From Dehalococcoidia bacterium (GTDB lineage Bacteria; Chloroflexota; Dehalococcoidia; SM23-28-2; HRBIN24): a DNA stretch of 64,000 nucleotides. The position numbers were made by a program, and so were the translations under genes. The notes beneath the pieces are model-generated. The model was not told the origin of the DNA. It searched no databases and was given only the letters and a program-made list of their open reading frames with translations. Positions 19,132 to 30,343 of this stretch are shown here, piece by piece. Where the stretch lies: assembly GCA_034435615.1 (NCBI GenBank), contig DAOTWZ010000032.1, positions 24 to 64,023 of the forward strand, in the 5' to 3' direction. How positions within the stretch are numbered: position 1 is the stretch's first letter; every line of letters starts with the position of its first letter.

Positions 19132-19208
19132 CGCTCACCTCCCACCTGGTCATAAGGGTGCCGGGCCGGGAGACCGTGCACCCGGCCCCGGGGAGCATCC
19201 CAATTCTA

Positions 19209-19784
19209 TCAATCAGTCCCCCTACGTTCAACGATGAGCCCCGTCTCGCGGGCGGCCAGCAGCAGGCCGATGACGCTCTTGGCGTCCTGGACGTCTCCCC
19301 GCTCCACCAGCGCCAGCGCCTGGCGAAGGGGCAGCCGTACCACCTGGATCCGCTCGTCGGGGGCGTTCTGGGGGCGGCCCTGGGAAAGCCCCTGGGCCAG
19401 GAAGAGATGGACACGCTCGTCGGTGAAGCCAGGGGAGACGTAGAAGCTGACCAGGTGGCGCAGGCGCGCCGCCCGCAGTCCCGTCTCTTCCTCCAGCTCG
19501 CGCCGCGCCGCCTCCAGCAGGGGCTCGCCGGGATGGACGAGGCCGGCGGGGACCTCCAGCAACGCCTGCCCCACCGCCAGGCGGTACTGACGGACGAGGG
19601 TCACGGTGCCGTCATCGTCCACGGGGACGGTGGCCGCCACCTCGGCGTGCTCCACTATCTCGCGGGTGGCCTCGCCCCCTCCCGGCAGCTCGACGGTGTC
19701 TACGCGCAGGTTCAGGATGCGGCCCTCGTAGAGACGGCGGCTGGAGAGGACGCGTTCGGGACGGGTGGCGTCATGGTCGGTCAC
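19209..19784 (-). CDS. NUDIX hydrolase (ADP-ribose pyrophosphatase-like)
   Basis: Nudix box GLVHPGEPLLEAARRELEEETG. GTG start at 19784 chosen by N-terminal alignment; the longer ORF is low-complexity upstream. Confidence 0.6.
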   Translation of the reverse strand: MTDHDATRPERVLSSRRLYEGRILNLRVDTVELPGGGEATREIVEHAEVAATVPVDDDGTVTLVRQYRLAVGQALLEVPAGLVHPGEPLLEAARRELEEETGLRAARLRHLVSFYVSPGFTDERVHLFLAQGLSQGRPQNAPDERIQVVRLPLRQALALVERGDVQDAKSVIGLLLAARETGLIVERRGTD

Positions 19785-20673
19785 AGGGTTCCTCCTGGGC
19801 CCTGTGTTCTGGCGCCGGGGAAAGGAAGCGGTCCGGCTCGTTCTGGGAGGGGTGCCAGCCCAGGCGACTGGCCAGGAAGAGGAAGTCCCTCTGGGGCGGG
19901 GAGAGGCGCAGGAGGCAGGCGACATGGTGGCTCCGCCTCACCGTCACCGTGTTCCCCGGCGGCAGGGGGACGTCCTCCTGGCCGTCCACGCTGAGGAAGG
20001 CCTGGTTCTCCCCCCGCACGGTGAGGGAGAGGACGGAATCGGGGTGAAGGACGAGGGAGCGGCCGCTGGCCAGGTGGGGCGAGACCGGCGTCAGGACGAG
20101 CTCCCGTGCCTCCGGGTGGAGGATGGGGCCGCCGGCGGAGAGGGAGTAAGCGGTGCTGCCGGTGGCGGTGGCCACCACCACGGCGTCGGCGCGGTAGAGG
20201 GCTACGGGCTCGCCGTCCAGGGCCACCTGCACGTAGACGGGGCGGCCCAGGCGGGCCCGCCCCACCACCACGTCGTTCAGGCCGTGGTAGAGGGCGCCAT
20301 CGGGGGCCAGCGCCTCCAGCAGGGCCCGCTCCTCCATCCGGCCCTCCCCGTCCAGCAGGCGGTCCAGGTGCCCCATGGCCTCCTCGGGCGGTATCTCGGC
20401 CAGGAAGCCGACGCGGCCCATGTTGATGCCCACGATGGGGACGCGGTGGGGCACCACGGAGCGGGCGGCCCAGAGGAGAGTGCCGTCGCCGCCCACGCAG
20501 ACCAGCAGGTCTGTCCCGGGGATGAGCTGGCTGGCCCGAGCGTCCCAGGCCGTCGTCAGCCAGACCTCGGGCACCCGCCGGCGGAGGGACTGCTCCAGCT
20601 CCTGGCCCAGGGCCCGGGCGGCCTCCCAGCGGGGGTGGACGAAGATGCCGATCTTCCTCGCTCTGGCGCCCAT
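19771..20673 (-). CDS. nadK: NAD+ kinase
   Basis: GGDGTLL motif and NxGxxGFL-like INMGRVGFLAEI. ATG at 20673 (MGARARKIGIF...). Upstream of that the ORF is low-complexity. Confidence 0.8.
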   Translation of the reverse strand: MGARARKIGIFVHPRWEAARALGQELEQSLRRRVPEVWLTTAWDARASQLIPGTDLLVCVGGDGTLLWAARSVVPHRVPIVGINMGRVGFLAEIPPEEAMGHLDRLLDGEGRMEERALLEALAPDGALYHGLNDVVVGRARLGRPVYVQVALDGEPVALYRADAVVVATATGSTAYSLSAGGPILHPEARELVLTPVSPHLASGRSLVLHPDSVLSLTVRGENQAFLSVDGQEDVPLPPGNTVTVRRSHHVACLLRLSPPQRDFLFLASRLGWHPSQNEPDRFLSPAPEHRAQEEPCDRP

Positions 20674-20704
20674 CTTCGGGCCCTCAGCCGATATTCTAGA
20701 CCTT

Positions 20705-21451
20705 TCACCTGGGCTGTGGCTGCCCCTGAGGCGGCGCCAGCAGGAAGAAGAACTCCAGGTTCCCCTCCGCCCCTGGCAGGGGGGAGCGGGCCAGGCCCAG
20801 GATGCGGTACCCTTCTCCCACCGCCCAGGCGGCGAAGCGGCCGATGAGGGTCGCATGAAGTTGCGGGTCGCGGACGACGCCCCTGCGGGGCACCTCCCCG
20901 CGGCGGGCCTCGAACTGGGGCTTGAAGAGGGCCAGGACGAGCCCCCCGGGAGCGAGGAGCCTGGCCACCGCTGGCAGCACCTTGGTCAGGGAGATGAAGG
21001 AGACGTCCACGGTGGCCAGGTGGACGGGCTCCGGGAGGGAGGCCAGGTAGCGGGCGTTGACCCGTTCCATGACCACCACGCGGCTGTCCCGGCGCAGGCG
21101 GGGGTGTAGCTGCCCGTAGCCCACGTCCACGGCGTAGACTCGGGCGGCGCCGTGCTGCAGGAGGCAGTCGGTGAAGCCGCCGGTGGAGGCGCCGATGTCC
21201 ACCGCCACCTTGCCGGCCACCTCCAGCCGGAAGCGGCGGAGGGCGTGTTCCAGCTTCTCGCCGCCGCGGCTGACGTAGCGGGGCATCTCCAGGAGACGGA
21301 TGGCGGCGGTCTCCTCCACCAGGGTGCCGGGCTTGGAGACAGGGCGGTCGGCCACCAGGACGCGGCCGGCCATGATTTGGGCGCGGGCTCTCTCGCGGCT
21401 TTCGGCCAGGCCGCGTTCCACCAGCAGGACGTCCAGACGCCGCTTGGCCAT
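20705..21451 (-). CDS. tlyA: TlyA-family rRNA 2'-O-methyltransferase (hemolysin A-like) with S4 domain
   Basis: N-terminal S4 (RLDVLLVERGLAESRERA) and a FtsJ-like methyltransferase (VAVDIGASTGGFTD). Confidence 0.75.
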   Translation of the reverse strand: MAKRRLDVLLVERGLAESRERARAQIMAGRVLVADRPVSKPGTLVEETAAIRLLEMPRYVSRGGEKLEHALRRFRLEVAGKVAVDIGASTGGFTDCLLQHGAARVYAVDVGYGQLHPRLRRDSRVVVMERVNARYLASLPEPVHLATVDVSFISLTKVLPAVARLLAPGGLVLALFKPQFEARRGEVPRRGVVRDPQLHATLIGRFAAWAVGEGYRILGLARSPLPGAEGNLEFFFLLAPPQGQPQPR

Positions 21452-21529
21452 GGCGGATGGGTATAGGTCCCGGCCCCTATGATACAGGCGGCGGTGTGCG
21501 GGCGGCTCGACGGGAGGGGGCGAGGGTGG

Positions 21530-22822
21530 CTAGGCCGTCTCTTCCCTCTCCGCCTCTCCCCAGAGGTCGACGACCTGGCCGTTGCGATTGAGCAGCAGGG
21601 GACGGCGGTGGCCGCGGATCACCTCGGCGTCTATGACGCACTTCTTGATATCGGTGCGGGAGGGGATCTCGTACATGACGTCCAAGAGGCACTCCTCCAG
21701 GACGGTGCGCAGGCCCCGGGCGCCCGTCTTCAGGCGCAGGGCCTCCTCGGCGGTGGCCTCCAGGGCGTCCTCCGTGAAGACCAGCTCCACCCCGTCCAGA
21801 GCGAAGATCTGCTGGTACTGCTTGACCAGGGCGTTCTTGGGCTCGGTGAGGATGCGCATCAGGGACTGCTTGTCCAGGGACTGGAGAGGGACGATGACGG
21901 GGAGCCGGCCCACGAACTCCGGTATCAGCCCGTAGTGGAGGAGGTCGTCGGGGATGACGTGCTGGAGCAGCTCGTCGCTGACCTTGGCGCTGTCCTCGGC
22001 CGTCATGTGGGCCTTGAAGCCGATGCTGCGCTTCCCCTTCCCCAGCCGCTGGTCGATGATCTGGTCCAGCCCCTCGAAGGCGCCGCCGCAGATGAAGAGG
22101 ATGCTGCTGGTGTTGATCTGGATGAACTCTTGATGGGGGTGCTTGCGCCCGCCCTGGGGCGGGACGTTGGCCACGCAGCCCTCGATGATCTTCAGGAGGG
22201 CCTGCTGCACCCCCTCGCCGGAGACGTCGCGGGTGATGGAGGGGTTGTCGCCGCTCTTGCGGGATATCTTGTCTATCTCGTCGATGTAGACGATGCCCCG
22301 TTCGGCCCGCGGTATGTCGTAGTCGGCGGCCTGGATGAGGCGGAGGAGGATGTTCTCCACGTCCTCGCCCACGTAGCCGGCCTCCGTCAGGGAGGTGGCA
22401 TCGGCGATGGTGAAGGGGACGTCCAGGATCTTGGCCAGGGTGCGGGCCAGGAGGGTCTTGCCACAGCCCGTGGGGCCGATGAGCAGGATGTTGCTCTTGT
22501 CCAGCTCCACGTCCTTGAGCTGCCGCCCGGCCACTATGCGCTTGTAGTGGTTGTAGACGGCCACGGAGAGGACCTTCTTGGCCTGCTCCTGGCTCACCAC
22601 ATACTCGCTGAGCTGCTCGTATATGGCCCTGGGGGGCGGTATGCGCTGGAGGCTGGGGCGCGAGCGGGGCTGGTGCCCGTCCTCGTTGATGATCTCCTGG
22701 CAGAGCTGGACGCAGTCATCGCATATGTAGACCCCGTTGGGCCCGGCGATGAGGCGCCGCACCTCCGCCTGGCCTTTGCCACAGAACGAGCAGTGGTACT
22801 GGCCCCGTCCGCGAGCTGGCAT
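21530..22822 (-). CDS. clpX: ATP-dependent Clp protease ATP-binding subunit ClpX
   Basis: N-terminal zinc finger (CSFCGK...CDDC). Walker A GPTGCGKT. 430 aa. Confidence 0.9.
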   Translation of the reverse strand: MPARGRGQYHCSFCGKGQAEVRRLIAGPNGVYICDDCVQLCQEIINEDGHQPRSRPSLQRIPPPRAIYEQLSEYVVSQEQAKKVLSVAVYNHYKRIVAGRQLKDVELDKSNILLIGPTGCGKTLLARTLAKILDVPFTIADATSLTEAGYVGEDVENILLRLIQAADYDIPRAERGIVYIDEIDKISRKSGDNPSITRDVSGEGVQQALLKIIEGCVANVPPQGGRKHPHQEFIQINTSSILFICGGAFEGLDQIIDQRLGKGKRSIGFKAHMTAEDSAKVSDELLQHVIPDDLLHYGLIPEFVGRLPVIVPLQSLDKQSLMRILTEPKNALVKQYQQIFALDGVELVFTEDALEATAEEALRLKTGARGLRTVLEECLLDVMYEIPSRTDIKKCVIDAEVIRGHRRPLLLNRNGQVVDLWGEAEREETA

Positions 22823-22828
22823 GGCCTG

Positions 22829-23470
22829 CTACCCCTTTTGCTCCCCGCCGGCTATCACCGGCACCTTCGGGCTGATGAGTATGTCATCTATGATGCCATA
22901 CTCCTTGGCCGATGCAGCGTCCATGAAGAACTCGCGGTCCGTGTCGTGGGCGATCTTCTCGATGGGCTGGCCGGTGTGGTAGGCCAGGATCTGGCGTATC
23001 AGCTCGTTGCGGCGGATGACCTCCTTGGCGATGACCTCCACATCGGCGGCGCGGCCGGTGGCGCCCCCGTGCGCCTGGTGCATGTGGATGGTGGAGTGGG
23101 GCAGGGCGTAGCGCTTCCCCTTGGCGCCGGCTGCCAGCAGGACGGTGGCCATGCTGGCGCACTCCCCCACGCAGATGGTGGAGACATCGCAGCGCACCAA
23201 CTGCATGGTGTCATAGATGGCCAGCCCGGCGCTGATGACGCCGCCCGGCGAGTTGATGTAGAGATGGATGTCCTTGTCAGGGTCTTCCCGCTCCAGGTAG
23301 AGGAGCTGGCAGATGATCAGGTTGGCGATCTGGTCATCTATGGGCCAGCCCAGGAAGATGATCCGCTCCTTCAAGAGGAGCGAGAAGATGTCGAAGGCCC
23401 GCTCCCCGCGGGGCCCTTGTTCTATGACGTAAGGGATGATGGAACTGACGCGCTCGGCGCCCGATGTCAT
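22829..23470 (-). CDS. clpP: ATP-dependent Clp protease proteolytic subunit ClpP
   Basis: Catalytic Ser-His-Asp context ([17 protein letters not shown]). 213 aa. Confidence 0.9.
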   Translation of the reverse strand: MTSGAERVSSIIPYVIEQGPRGERAFDIFSLLLKERIIFLGWPIDDQIANLIICQLLYLEREDPDKDIHLYINSPGGVISAGLAIYDTMQLVRCDVSTICVGECASMATVLLAAGAKGKRYALPHSTIHMHQAHGGATGRAADVEVIAKEVIRRNELIRQILAYHTGQPIEKIAHDTDREFFMDAASAKEYGIIDDILISPKVPVIAGGEQKG

Positions 23471-24813
23471 GTCTGGCTCTCCTCCTTCTCCGCCTCGGCA
23501 CTCTCCGCCCCGGATGCCTGCTGGGGGCTCTCTCCTTCCTCGACCTTCCCGGAGGCGATGGCGACGAGGCGGTCCAGGGTCTTGCGGGTGAGGAGGGAGC
23601 GGCGCAGCGCCTCCCGTCCCGCCGGGGACTCCAGGATGGCCCGCAGGCCACCGTCCGGCTGTCCGCCGGCGGACAGCCGCTCTATCTCCTGGGCTATCTC
23701 CTCGTCCATGACCTGGACGCCCTCCAGCTCCGCCAGACGTCCCAGGGCCAGGGAGCGGCGCAGCCGCTCCTCCGCCCGCCCCCGGTATTCCTGCCAGAGC
23801 TCCTCCGGGGAGCGTCTCAACTGCTCTATGTAGCGGTCCACGTCCTGGCCGACCGCCCTGGCCTCCTCCCGCAGGAGGCGTTCCACCTCTTCCTCCACCA
23901 GCACCTGCGGGAACTCGATGCGAGCGGCCATCTCCACCAGGGCCTCCACTGCCCTCTCTCTATAAGACGCTTCGGCCTCCGCTTCCTTACGCTGCCGCAG
24001 GTCTTCCTCCAGGCGGGCCCGCAGCGCCTCCAGGCTGGCGAAGCCCTCTCCCACCTCGCGGGCGAAGTCGTCGTTCAGCTCGGGCAGGCGCTCCTCCCGC
24101 ACCGCCCGCACCCTTATGGTGAAGGTGGCTGGTCGCCCCGCCAGCTCCCGGCGAGGGTAGTCCTCCGGCAGGGGGAGGGTGACCGTCTTCTCCTGGCCCC
24201 GCTCCATGCCGATGACCGCCTCCGCCAGGCCCGGGAGGAGCAGGACGGAGCCCTCCTGCAGCCTCACTTCCACGTCCTCCTCGTTCACCAGCCGCCGGCC
24301 CTCCACCTCGCCCCTGATGTCCATGTAGACTATGTCCCCCCACTGGACGGGGCGGTTGACGGGCTCGTGCAGGGCGTAGCGGCGGCGCAGCTCCTCCAGG
24401 GCGGCGTCTACCTCCTCCGGCGCCACCTCCACCGGCTCCCGCTCTACCCGCAATGAACGATAGTCCCCCAGCTCTATTACGGGCGGGAGGGGCACGGTGG
24501 CTTTTATCACTGGCGGCTCCTCCTGCACTACCTCCACCTGGGGGCGGTCGAAGGGCTCGATGCCCTGCTCCGTCAGGGCCTCCCGGACCACCTCGGGCAC
24601 CATGATGTCCAGGGCCTCGTGCAGTAGACGGTGGCGGCCCAGGTAGCGCTCCAGCATGGAGCGGGGGGCCTTGCCGCGCCGGAAGCCGGGGACGTCCGTC
24701 CGCTGGACGAGCCGGCGATAGGCGCGCTCCAGGTAGGACTCCAGCCGCTCTGGCTCTATCTCTATCTCCAGGACGGCCTCGCAGCCGGTGGGGCGTTGTG
24801 TGGAGACCTTCAC
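23467..24813 (-). CDS. tig: Trigger factor
   Basis: N-terminal ribosome-binding motif (GFRRGKAP), PPIase and C-terminal domains. GTG start at 24813 chosen (MKVSTQ...). The ORF-track extension to 25758 runs through the ABC permease gene in another frame. Confidence 0.8.
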   Translation of the reverse strand: MKVSTQRPTGCEAVLEIEIEPERLESYLERAYRRLVQRTDVPGFRRGKAPRSMLERYLGRHRLLHEALDIMVPEVVREALTEQGIEPFDRPQVEVVQEEPPVIKATVPLPPVIELGDYRSLRVEREPVEVAPEEVDAALEELRRRYALHEPVNRPVQWGDIVYMDIRGEVEGRRLVNEEDVEVRLQEGSVLLLPGLAEAVIGMERGQEKTVTLPLPEDYPRRELAGRPATFTIRVRAVREERLPELNDDFAREVGEGFASLEALRARLEEDLRQRKEAEAEASYRERAVEALVEMAARIEFPQVLVEEEVERLLREEARAVGQDVDRYIEQLRRSPEELWQEYRGRAEERLRRSLALGRLAELEGVQVMDEEIAQEIERLSAGGQPDGGLRAILESPAGREALRRSLLTRKTLDRLVAIASGKVEEGESPQQASGAESAEAEKEESQT

Positions 24814-24860
24814 AAGCCCAATTATAGCATGGCCCCGAGCAGCGTCGACAGGCGCCGCCG

Positions 24861-25820
24861 TCACCGCCGCCGCGGGCTCAGGACATCGTTCAGGGCATCC
24901 CCCAGGAAGCTGAAGGAGACCAGGAGGAGGGCTACCACCGCCGCCGGGACGAAGACCAGGTTCGGATGGGCCAGCATGGTGCGGGGCCCCGCACCCTCGA
25001 AGATCATGGCGCCGAAGCTGGGATGGGGCGGCTGGATGCCGATGCCGAGAAAGGAGAGGGCCACCTCCGCCCCCGCCGCCGTCCCCAGCAACTGGGTGGC
25101 CGCCACGATGACCAAGGGCGACACGTTGGGCAACAGGTGCCGGAAGACGATGTGCCAGGTGGAGGCACCCATGGCGCGGGCCGCCAGCACATACTCGCTC
25201 TCCCGCAGCGACAGCACCTGGGAGCGCACCACCCTCGCCATCCCCACCCAGCCGAAGAGGGAGAGGGCGCCGAAGACCAGGAAGTAGTCCGGCAGCCCCG
25301 ACTCCACGATGCCCCCCACTCCCAGCCGACCCTCCAGCCCCTGGAAGAACCCCTCCACCCGCGGCCGCACCGTGGCGGTGATGATGATGAGGAGCAGGAT
25401 ATCGGGCAGGGCGAAGAAGGCATCGGCCAGCCGCATGATGGCGCTGTCTACCCGCCCGCCCAGGTAGCCGGCCAGGAGCCCCAGCCCCACTCCCAGAAAG
25501 AGGCCGCCCGTCACCAGGGAAGCCACGCTGACGATGACAGTGGTCTGGGCCGACCATATGAGCCGACTCAGCACATCGCGGCCCAGGCGGTCGGTGCCTA
25601 AGGGGTGCTCCCAGCTGGGGCCGGCGAAGGTGTTGGCGAAGTCCGCCTCCCGGAAGCTGTGGGGGGCTATCCAGGGCGCCAGGAGGCCGGCGGCGTAGAT
25701 GGCCAGGATGACGACGAGAGAGGCCATGGCCAGACGGCGTCGCAGCAGGCGTCGCCACAGCCCGGGGGCTGGTCGGGCGGCCGGGCCAGCCCCCACGCCA
25801 CGGGCTACGCTCAGGCTCAC
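24861..25820 (-). CDS. ABC transporter permease (DppC/OppC-like, peptide/nickel family)
   Basis: Six predicted TM helices and an EAA-like loop (ARAMGASTWHIVFRHLLPN). GTG start. Confidence 0.75.
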   Translation of the reverse strand: MSLSVARGVGAGPAARPAPGLWRRLLRRRLAMASLVVILAIYAAGLLAPWIAPHSFREADFANTFAGPSWEHPLGTDRLGRDVLSRLIWSAQTTVIVSVASLVTGGLFLGVGLGLLAGYLGGRVDSAIMRLADAFFALPDILLLIIITATVRPRVEGFFQGLEGRLGVGGIVESGLPDYFLVFGALSLFGWVGMARVVRSQVLSLRESEYVLAARAMGASTWHIVFRHLLPNVSPLVIVAATQLLGTAAGAEVALSFLGIGIQPPHPSFGAMIFEGAGPRTMLAHPNLVFVPAAVVALLLVSFSFLGDALNDVLSPRRR

Positions 25821-26806
25821 GTTCCTTCCCTCCCTCCCAGACGGACGCGAGGGTCTATGAAGGCGTAGGCGATGTCCACCAGCAGGTTGGCCACCACGAA
25901 GGCCGCCGCCCCCATGAGGACGATGGCCATGATGCCGTCATAGTCGCGGGAGAAGACGGCCTCGAAGGCGTAGGAGCCGATGCCCGGTATCCCCAGCAGC
26001 GTCTCCAGGAAGATGGAGCCAGAGAGGAGGCCCGCCAGGGCGAAGCCCATGATGGTGACGATGGGCAGCAGAGCGTTGCGCAGGACATGGCGCATTACCA
26101 CCAGGTGCTCCGGCAGGCCCTTGGCCCGCGCCGTGCGGACGTAGTCTTCCCCCAGCACCTCCAGGGTCTGCGCCCGCACCAGCCGCGCCACCCCGGCCAC
26201 CCCGGGCAACGTCAGGGCCAGCAGTGGCAGGACTATGTGTTTCCCCAGAACCCCCACCTCCAGAAAGCCGAAGAACTCTCGCGTCTGCCAGCCGCCCGTG
26301 GGGAGCCAGCCCAGGCGCAGAGCGAAGACATACTGAAGGAGGGGGACCAGCACCAGCACGGGCACCGCCGCCAGCGCCAGCAACGGCCCCATGGTGAGGG
26401 GGTCGCGCCAGGTGCCCTGCCTGAGGGCCGCCCACACGCCCAGCGGCACCCCCAGGGCGAAGACCAGCAGGAAGGCCAGCAGATTGTACTGGAACGTCAC
26501 CCAGAGGCGGGGCAGCACCACCTCAGTCACCGGCAGGCCGTAGTACTTGAAGCTGGTGCCCAGATCGCCGCGGAGGAGGCCCGCCAGGTAGAGGCGGTAC
26601 TGGGTGAAGAAGTCCTCGTCCAGGCCCCGCTCCTCCCGGATGCGCTGGACGGTCTCCGGGTCATCGTGCTGGCCGGCCAGCACCCGCACCGGGTCGCCGG
26701 GGCCGAAGCGGCCCAGAGCGAAGGTGACCAGGCTCACCACCAGCAGGATGACCGGCGCCCACAGCAAGCGCCGGAGGATGTAGCCCCAGAGGCCAGCCGA
26801 GGCCAT
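25817..26806 (-). CDS. ABC transporter permease (DppB/OppB-like)
   Basis: EAA motif region (TARAKGLPEHLVVMRHVLRNAL). 329 aa. 4-nt overlap with the downstream permease. Confidence 0.8.
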   Translation of the reverse strand: MASAGLWGYILRRLLWAPVILLVVSLVTFALGRFGPGDPVRVLAGQHDDPETVQRIREERGLDEDFFTQYRLYLAGLLRGDLGTSFKYYGLPVTEVVLPRLWVTFQYNLLAFLLVFALGVPLGVWAALRQGTWRDPLTMGPLLALAAVPVLVLVPLLQYVFALRLGWLPTGGWQTREFFGFLEVGVLGKHIVLPLLALTLPGVAGVARLVRAQTLEVLGEDYVRTARAKGLPEHLVVMRHVLRNALLPIVTIMGFALAGLLSGSIFLETLLGIPGIGSYAFEAVFSRDYDGIMAIVLMGAAAFVVANLLVDIAYAFIDPRVRLGGREGT

Positions 26807-26812
26807 GGGAGG

Positions 26813-28411
26813 TCAGCGCCGGACCGACACGTAGCGCAGGCTGGGGATGACGAAGGGCGGCACGAAGAAGCCCTGGACGTAGGGCTTCACCACGTAGCTG
26901 GTCTTGGGGTGCAGCAGGGGTATCCAGGGGGCGTCCTGGACTATTATCTCCTCCACCCGCTGGTAGATGCGGTAGCGGGCCTGCTGGTCGGTCTCGGAGC
27001 GGGCCTGCTCCAGCAGGCGGTCCACCTCCGGGTTGGCGTAGCGGGTGTGGTTGTTGGTGCTCTCGCTGTGGAAGAGGACGTCCAGGAAGTTCTCCGGGTC
27101 CACGTAGTCGGCTATCCAGCCCAGGCTGAACATATCGAAGCGGCCGGCGTCCACCTCCTGCAGGAAGGTGGCGAACTCCACCAGACGGACATCGATGCGC
27201 ACCCCCAGGTTCTGCTCCCACATGGCCTGCACCGCCTCCAGGGCGGGCCCCGGCGTGCCGCCGACGCCAGAGGCGAGGAGGGTCACGCCGCTGAGACGGG
27301 AGGGTCCACCGGCCTCGGCCAGGAGCTGACGGGCCCTCGCCGGGTCGAAGGGGAGGCCCGCGAAGTCCGGGTTGTAGCCGGGCATGCCGGGAGGGAGTAT
27401 CCCGCGGGCGGGGGTGGCTAGGTCGCGCAGGACCACGGAGGAGAGGACGTTCTTGTCTATGGCCATGGCCAGGGCCTGGCGCAGGCGGACATCGTTGAAG
27501 GGAGGGCGGCTGGTGTTGAAGCCCAGATAGAAGGTGGCCAGCTCGTCCACCTGGTGGAACTCGCGGTTCAGGGGGTCGGAGGGGTTGCGCACGCGGTCGA
27601 TGTCGGGCAGGCCGACGGGGGCCACGTCCACCTCGTCGTTCTCGTACATGGTCAGAGGGGAGCCGCCGGCCAGGAGGAGGGTCACCCGTGAGACGGAGGG
27701 CCTGGGCTCCAGGTAATAGTGCGGGTTGGGCTCCAGGACGATGCGCTCACCCAACCGCCACTCTCGCAGGCGGAAGGGGCCGGTGCCGATGGGCTGGCGC
27801 GTCCAGCCGCGGGGGTTGGCCTCCACCTGCTCTCGCTTCACCACGAAGGCCACCGGGTAGGTGAGTTTGGCCAGGAAGTAGGTCTTGGGGGCGTCTATGG
27901 TGATCTGGAGGGTGTAGTCGTCCACCACCCGTATGCCCGTCACCCCGTTGGCCTGGCCGCGGGCGAACTCTCGTGCCCCCACGATGTCTCCCAGGTAGGA
28001 GAGGGCCACCGTGGAGCCGGTGCGACGGTCCAGGGCCCGCTCCAGGGAGAACTTCACGTCCTGCGCCGTCACAGGCCGGCTGCCATCGCTGAAGAGGACG
28101 CCGCGGCGGAGGAAGAAGGTGTAAGTGCGACCGTCCCCGCTCACCTCCCAGCGCTCGGCCAGGTCCGGCGAGAGCCGCAGCTCCCTGTCGAAGGTGACCA
28201 GTCCGCTGAAGATCTCCACGATGTACGTCCCGGAGCCCACGTCGGTAGCCAGGGCGGGGTCCAGGGTGATGGGGTCCGCTCCGAAGAGACGCAGTTCGCC
28301 GCTGACCCGCTCCGGGCCCGCGCCGGTTTGCTCGCCGCCGGTGCCACCTCCTCTGCCCACGACAAAGGAGGCCGCCACCCCGGCGACGACCAGCACCAGG
28401 AGGACGGCCAC
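26813..28411 (-). CDS. ABC transporter substrate-binding protein, family 5 (peptide/nickel)
   Basis: 532 aa with an N-terminal hydrophobic segment. In-frame upstream codons (to ~28447) encode STRRAVLLLTA, which would complete a canonical signal peptide. They are preceded by GGGAGGAG but would need a CTG start. Confidence 0.75.
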   Translation of the reverse strand: MAVLLVLVVAGVAASFVVGRGGGTGGEQTGAGPERVSGELRLFGADPITLDPALATDVGSGTYIVEIFSGLVTFDRELRLSPDLAERWEVSGDGRTYTFFLRRGVLFSDGSRPVTAQDVKFSLERALDRRTGSTVALSYLGDIVGAREFARGQANGVTGIRVVDDYTLQITIDAPKTYFLAKLTYPVAFVVKREQVEANPRGWTRQPIGTGPFRLREWRLGERIVLEPNPHYYLEPRPSVSRVTLLLAGGSPLTMYENDEVDVAPVGLPDIDRVRNPSDPLNREFHQVDELATFYLGFNTSRPPFNDVRLRQALAMAIDKNVLSSVVLRDLATPARGILPPGMPGYNPDFAGLPFDPARARQLLAEAGGPSRLSGVTLLASGVGGTPGPALEAVQAMWEQNLGVRIDVRLVEFATFLQEVDAGRFDMFSLGWIADYVDPENFLDVLFHSESTNNHTRYANPEVDRLLEQARSETDQQARYRIYQRVEEIIVQDAPWIPLLHPKTSYVVKPYVQGFFVPPFVIPSLRYVSVRR

Positions 28412-28496
28412 GGCCGTCAGGAGAAGAACGGCACGACGGGTGCTCAGGGCCTCTCCTCCCTGTCTGCGTCAGGACTATGGTAGCAGACGGTGGCTG

Positions 28497-30287
28497 TCAC
28501 TGCTCTGTGACCCAGATGTGAAGCTCCTGGAGCTGCTCCGCTGTCACCGGGGCGGGGGCGCCGGTGAGAGGGTCGGTGGCCGACTTGGTCTTGGGGAAGG
28601 CGATCACCTCCCGGATGTCGTCCTCGTCGGCCAGGAGGGCCACCAGGCGGTCGAGGCCGATGGCGACGCCGCCGTGGGGCGGCGCCCCGTACTCGAAGGC
28701 CTCCAGCATGTGCCCGAAGCGGGCCCGCGCCTCCTCCGGTCCGATGCCCAGCACCCGGAACATCCTCTCCTGCAGCTCTCTTCTGTGTATACGTATGGAG
28801 CCGCCGCCCAGCTCCCAGCCGTTGCAGACCAGGTCATAGGAGCGGGCGCGGACGCGGCCAGGATCGCTCTCCAGCAGGGGGATGTCCTCCTCCCGGGGCG
28901 AGGTGAAGGGGTGGTGGACGGCGTACCAGCGCTGGTCTTCCTCGTCCCACTCCAGCAGGGGGAAGTCCACCACGAAGGCGAAGTGGAGGACTTTCGGGTC
29001 GGCCAGGCCGAGACGCTGGCCCAGGTGGCGCCGCAGGCCGTCTAGCGTCCGGTTCACCACCCTGGGTGTCCCGGCCACCAGGAGGAGGAGGTCTCCCCGC
29101 CGGGCCCCGGCGCGGGCGGCCATCCCCCGCACCTCCTCCAGGGCCAGATAGCGCCCGACCGGGGAGCGGACGTCCTCCGGCGTCAGATCGTCCAGGCCGC
29201 CCTCGCCCAGCAGGGCCACCGAGACGAGGCCCCGCGCCCCCAGGTGCTGGGCTAGCTGGGTCAGGCCGTCCAGGTCGCGGCGGCTGAAGGCGGCGCCGCC
29301 GGGCACGCAGAGGCCCCGCACCTGCCCTCCCTCGGCCAGCGCCTGGCGGAAGACCGCGAACTGGCTCTCCTGCAGCAGGTCGGAGAAGTCGTGCAGTTCC
29401 AGGCCGAAGCGCAGGTCCGGCTTATCGGTGCCGAAGCGTCGCATGCTCTCCTCGTAGGTGAGACGAGGGAAGGGGCGGGGCAGGCGCACATCGGGGCGAA
29501 GAGACTCCACCAGACAGGTGTGCAGCTCCTCCATCAGGGAGAGAATGTCCCCCTCTTCCACGAAGCTCCACTCCAGGTCTAGCTGGGTGAACTCGGGCTG
29601 GCGGTCCGCCCGCACGTCCTCGTCCCGGAAGCAGCGGGCTATCTGGAAGTAGCGCTCGAAGCCTGCCACCATGAGGAGCTGTTTGAGCTGCTGGGGCGAC
29701 TGGGGCAGGGCGTAAAAGCGGCCGGGGTAGATGCGGCTGGGCACCAGGTAGTCCCTGGCCCCCTCCGGGGTGGGCGCCGTCAGGATGGGCGTCTCGATCT
29801 CGGTGAAGCCCCTGGCGGTGAGGAAGTCCCGGATGAACTTGGTGACCCGGGCCCGCAGGACGATGTTGCGGTGCATGCGCTGCCGCCGCAGGTCCAGGTA
29901 GCGGTAGCGCAGGCGCAGGAGCTCCTCCACCTCCGTGTCTTCGTTGACATAAAAAGGGGGAGTGCGAGAGGGATTGAGGACGGCGGCCTGGTGTGCCCGC
30001 ACCTCCACCTCGCCCGTGGGGAGGGCGGGGTTCTCGGTGCCGGGGGGCCGGCGGGCGACGGTGCCCCGCACCTGGAGGACGTATTCGGCGCGGACGGCGT
30101 CCGCCACGGCGAAGGCCTCGGGCCCCTCCTGGGGATGGAAGACCACCTGCACCAGGCCATCGTGGTCCCGCAGGTCTACGAAGATGAGGCCACCGTGGTC
30201 GCGCCGGCGGTGCACCCAGCCCGCCAACGTAACCTCCTGGCCGATATGCCGGGGCCGGAGCTCGCCGCAGGCATGGCTCTTGAGCAT
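28497..30287 (-). CDS. aspS: Aspartyl-tRNA synthetase
   Basis: N-terminal OB anticodon-binding domain ([26 protein letters not shown]), class II motifs and the GAD insertion. 596 aa. Confidence 0.9.
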   Translation of the reverse strand: MLKSHACGELRPRHIGQEVTLAGWVHRRRDHGGLIFVDLRDHDGLVQVVFHPQEGPEAFAVADAVRAEYVLQVRGTVARRPPGTENPALPTGEVEVRAHQAAVLNPSRTPPFYVNEDTEVEELLRLRYRYLDLRRQRMHRNIVLRARVTKFIRDFLTARGFTEIETPILTAPTPEGARDYLVPSRIYPGRFYALPQSPQQLKQLLMVAGFERYFQIARCFRDEDVRADRQPEFTQLDLEWSFVEEGDILSLMEELHTCLVESLRPDVRLPRPFPRLTYEESMRRFGTDKPDLRFGLELHDFSDLLQESQFAVFRQALAEGGQVRGLCVPGGAAFSRRDLDGLTQLAQHLGARGLVSVALLGEGGLDDLTPEDVRSPVGRYLALEEVRGMAARAGARRGDLLLLVAGTPRVVNRTLDGLRRHLGQRLGLADPKVLHFAFVVDFPLLEWDEEDQRWYAVHHPFTSPREEDIPLLESDPGRVRARSYDLVCNGWELGGGSIRIHRRELQERMFRVLGIGPEEARARFGHMLEAFEYGAPPHGGVAIGLDRLVALLADEDDIREVIAFPKTKSATDPLTGAPAPVTAEQLQELHIWVTEQ

Positions 30288-30343
30288 TTCGAACCTAGTG
30301 TAGCGCAGCCCAGCTCGAGGCGACAGAGAGGAGGTTGACGAGG

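Noticed and set aside
15724-19155. Plus-strand ORFs 15724-17334 and 17359-19155 (536 and 598 aa)
   Set aside because: They are antisense to sdhB, sdhA and sdhC, which have unmistakable Fe-S and FAD motifs.
19765-23833. Plus-strand ORFs 19765-20847 and 21479-23833 (784 aa)
   Set aside because: They are antisense to nadK, NUDIX, clpX and clpP.
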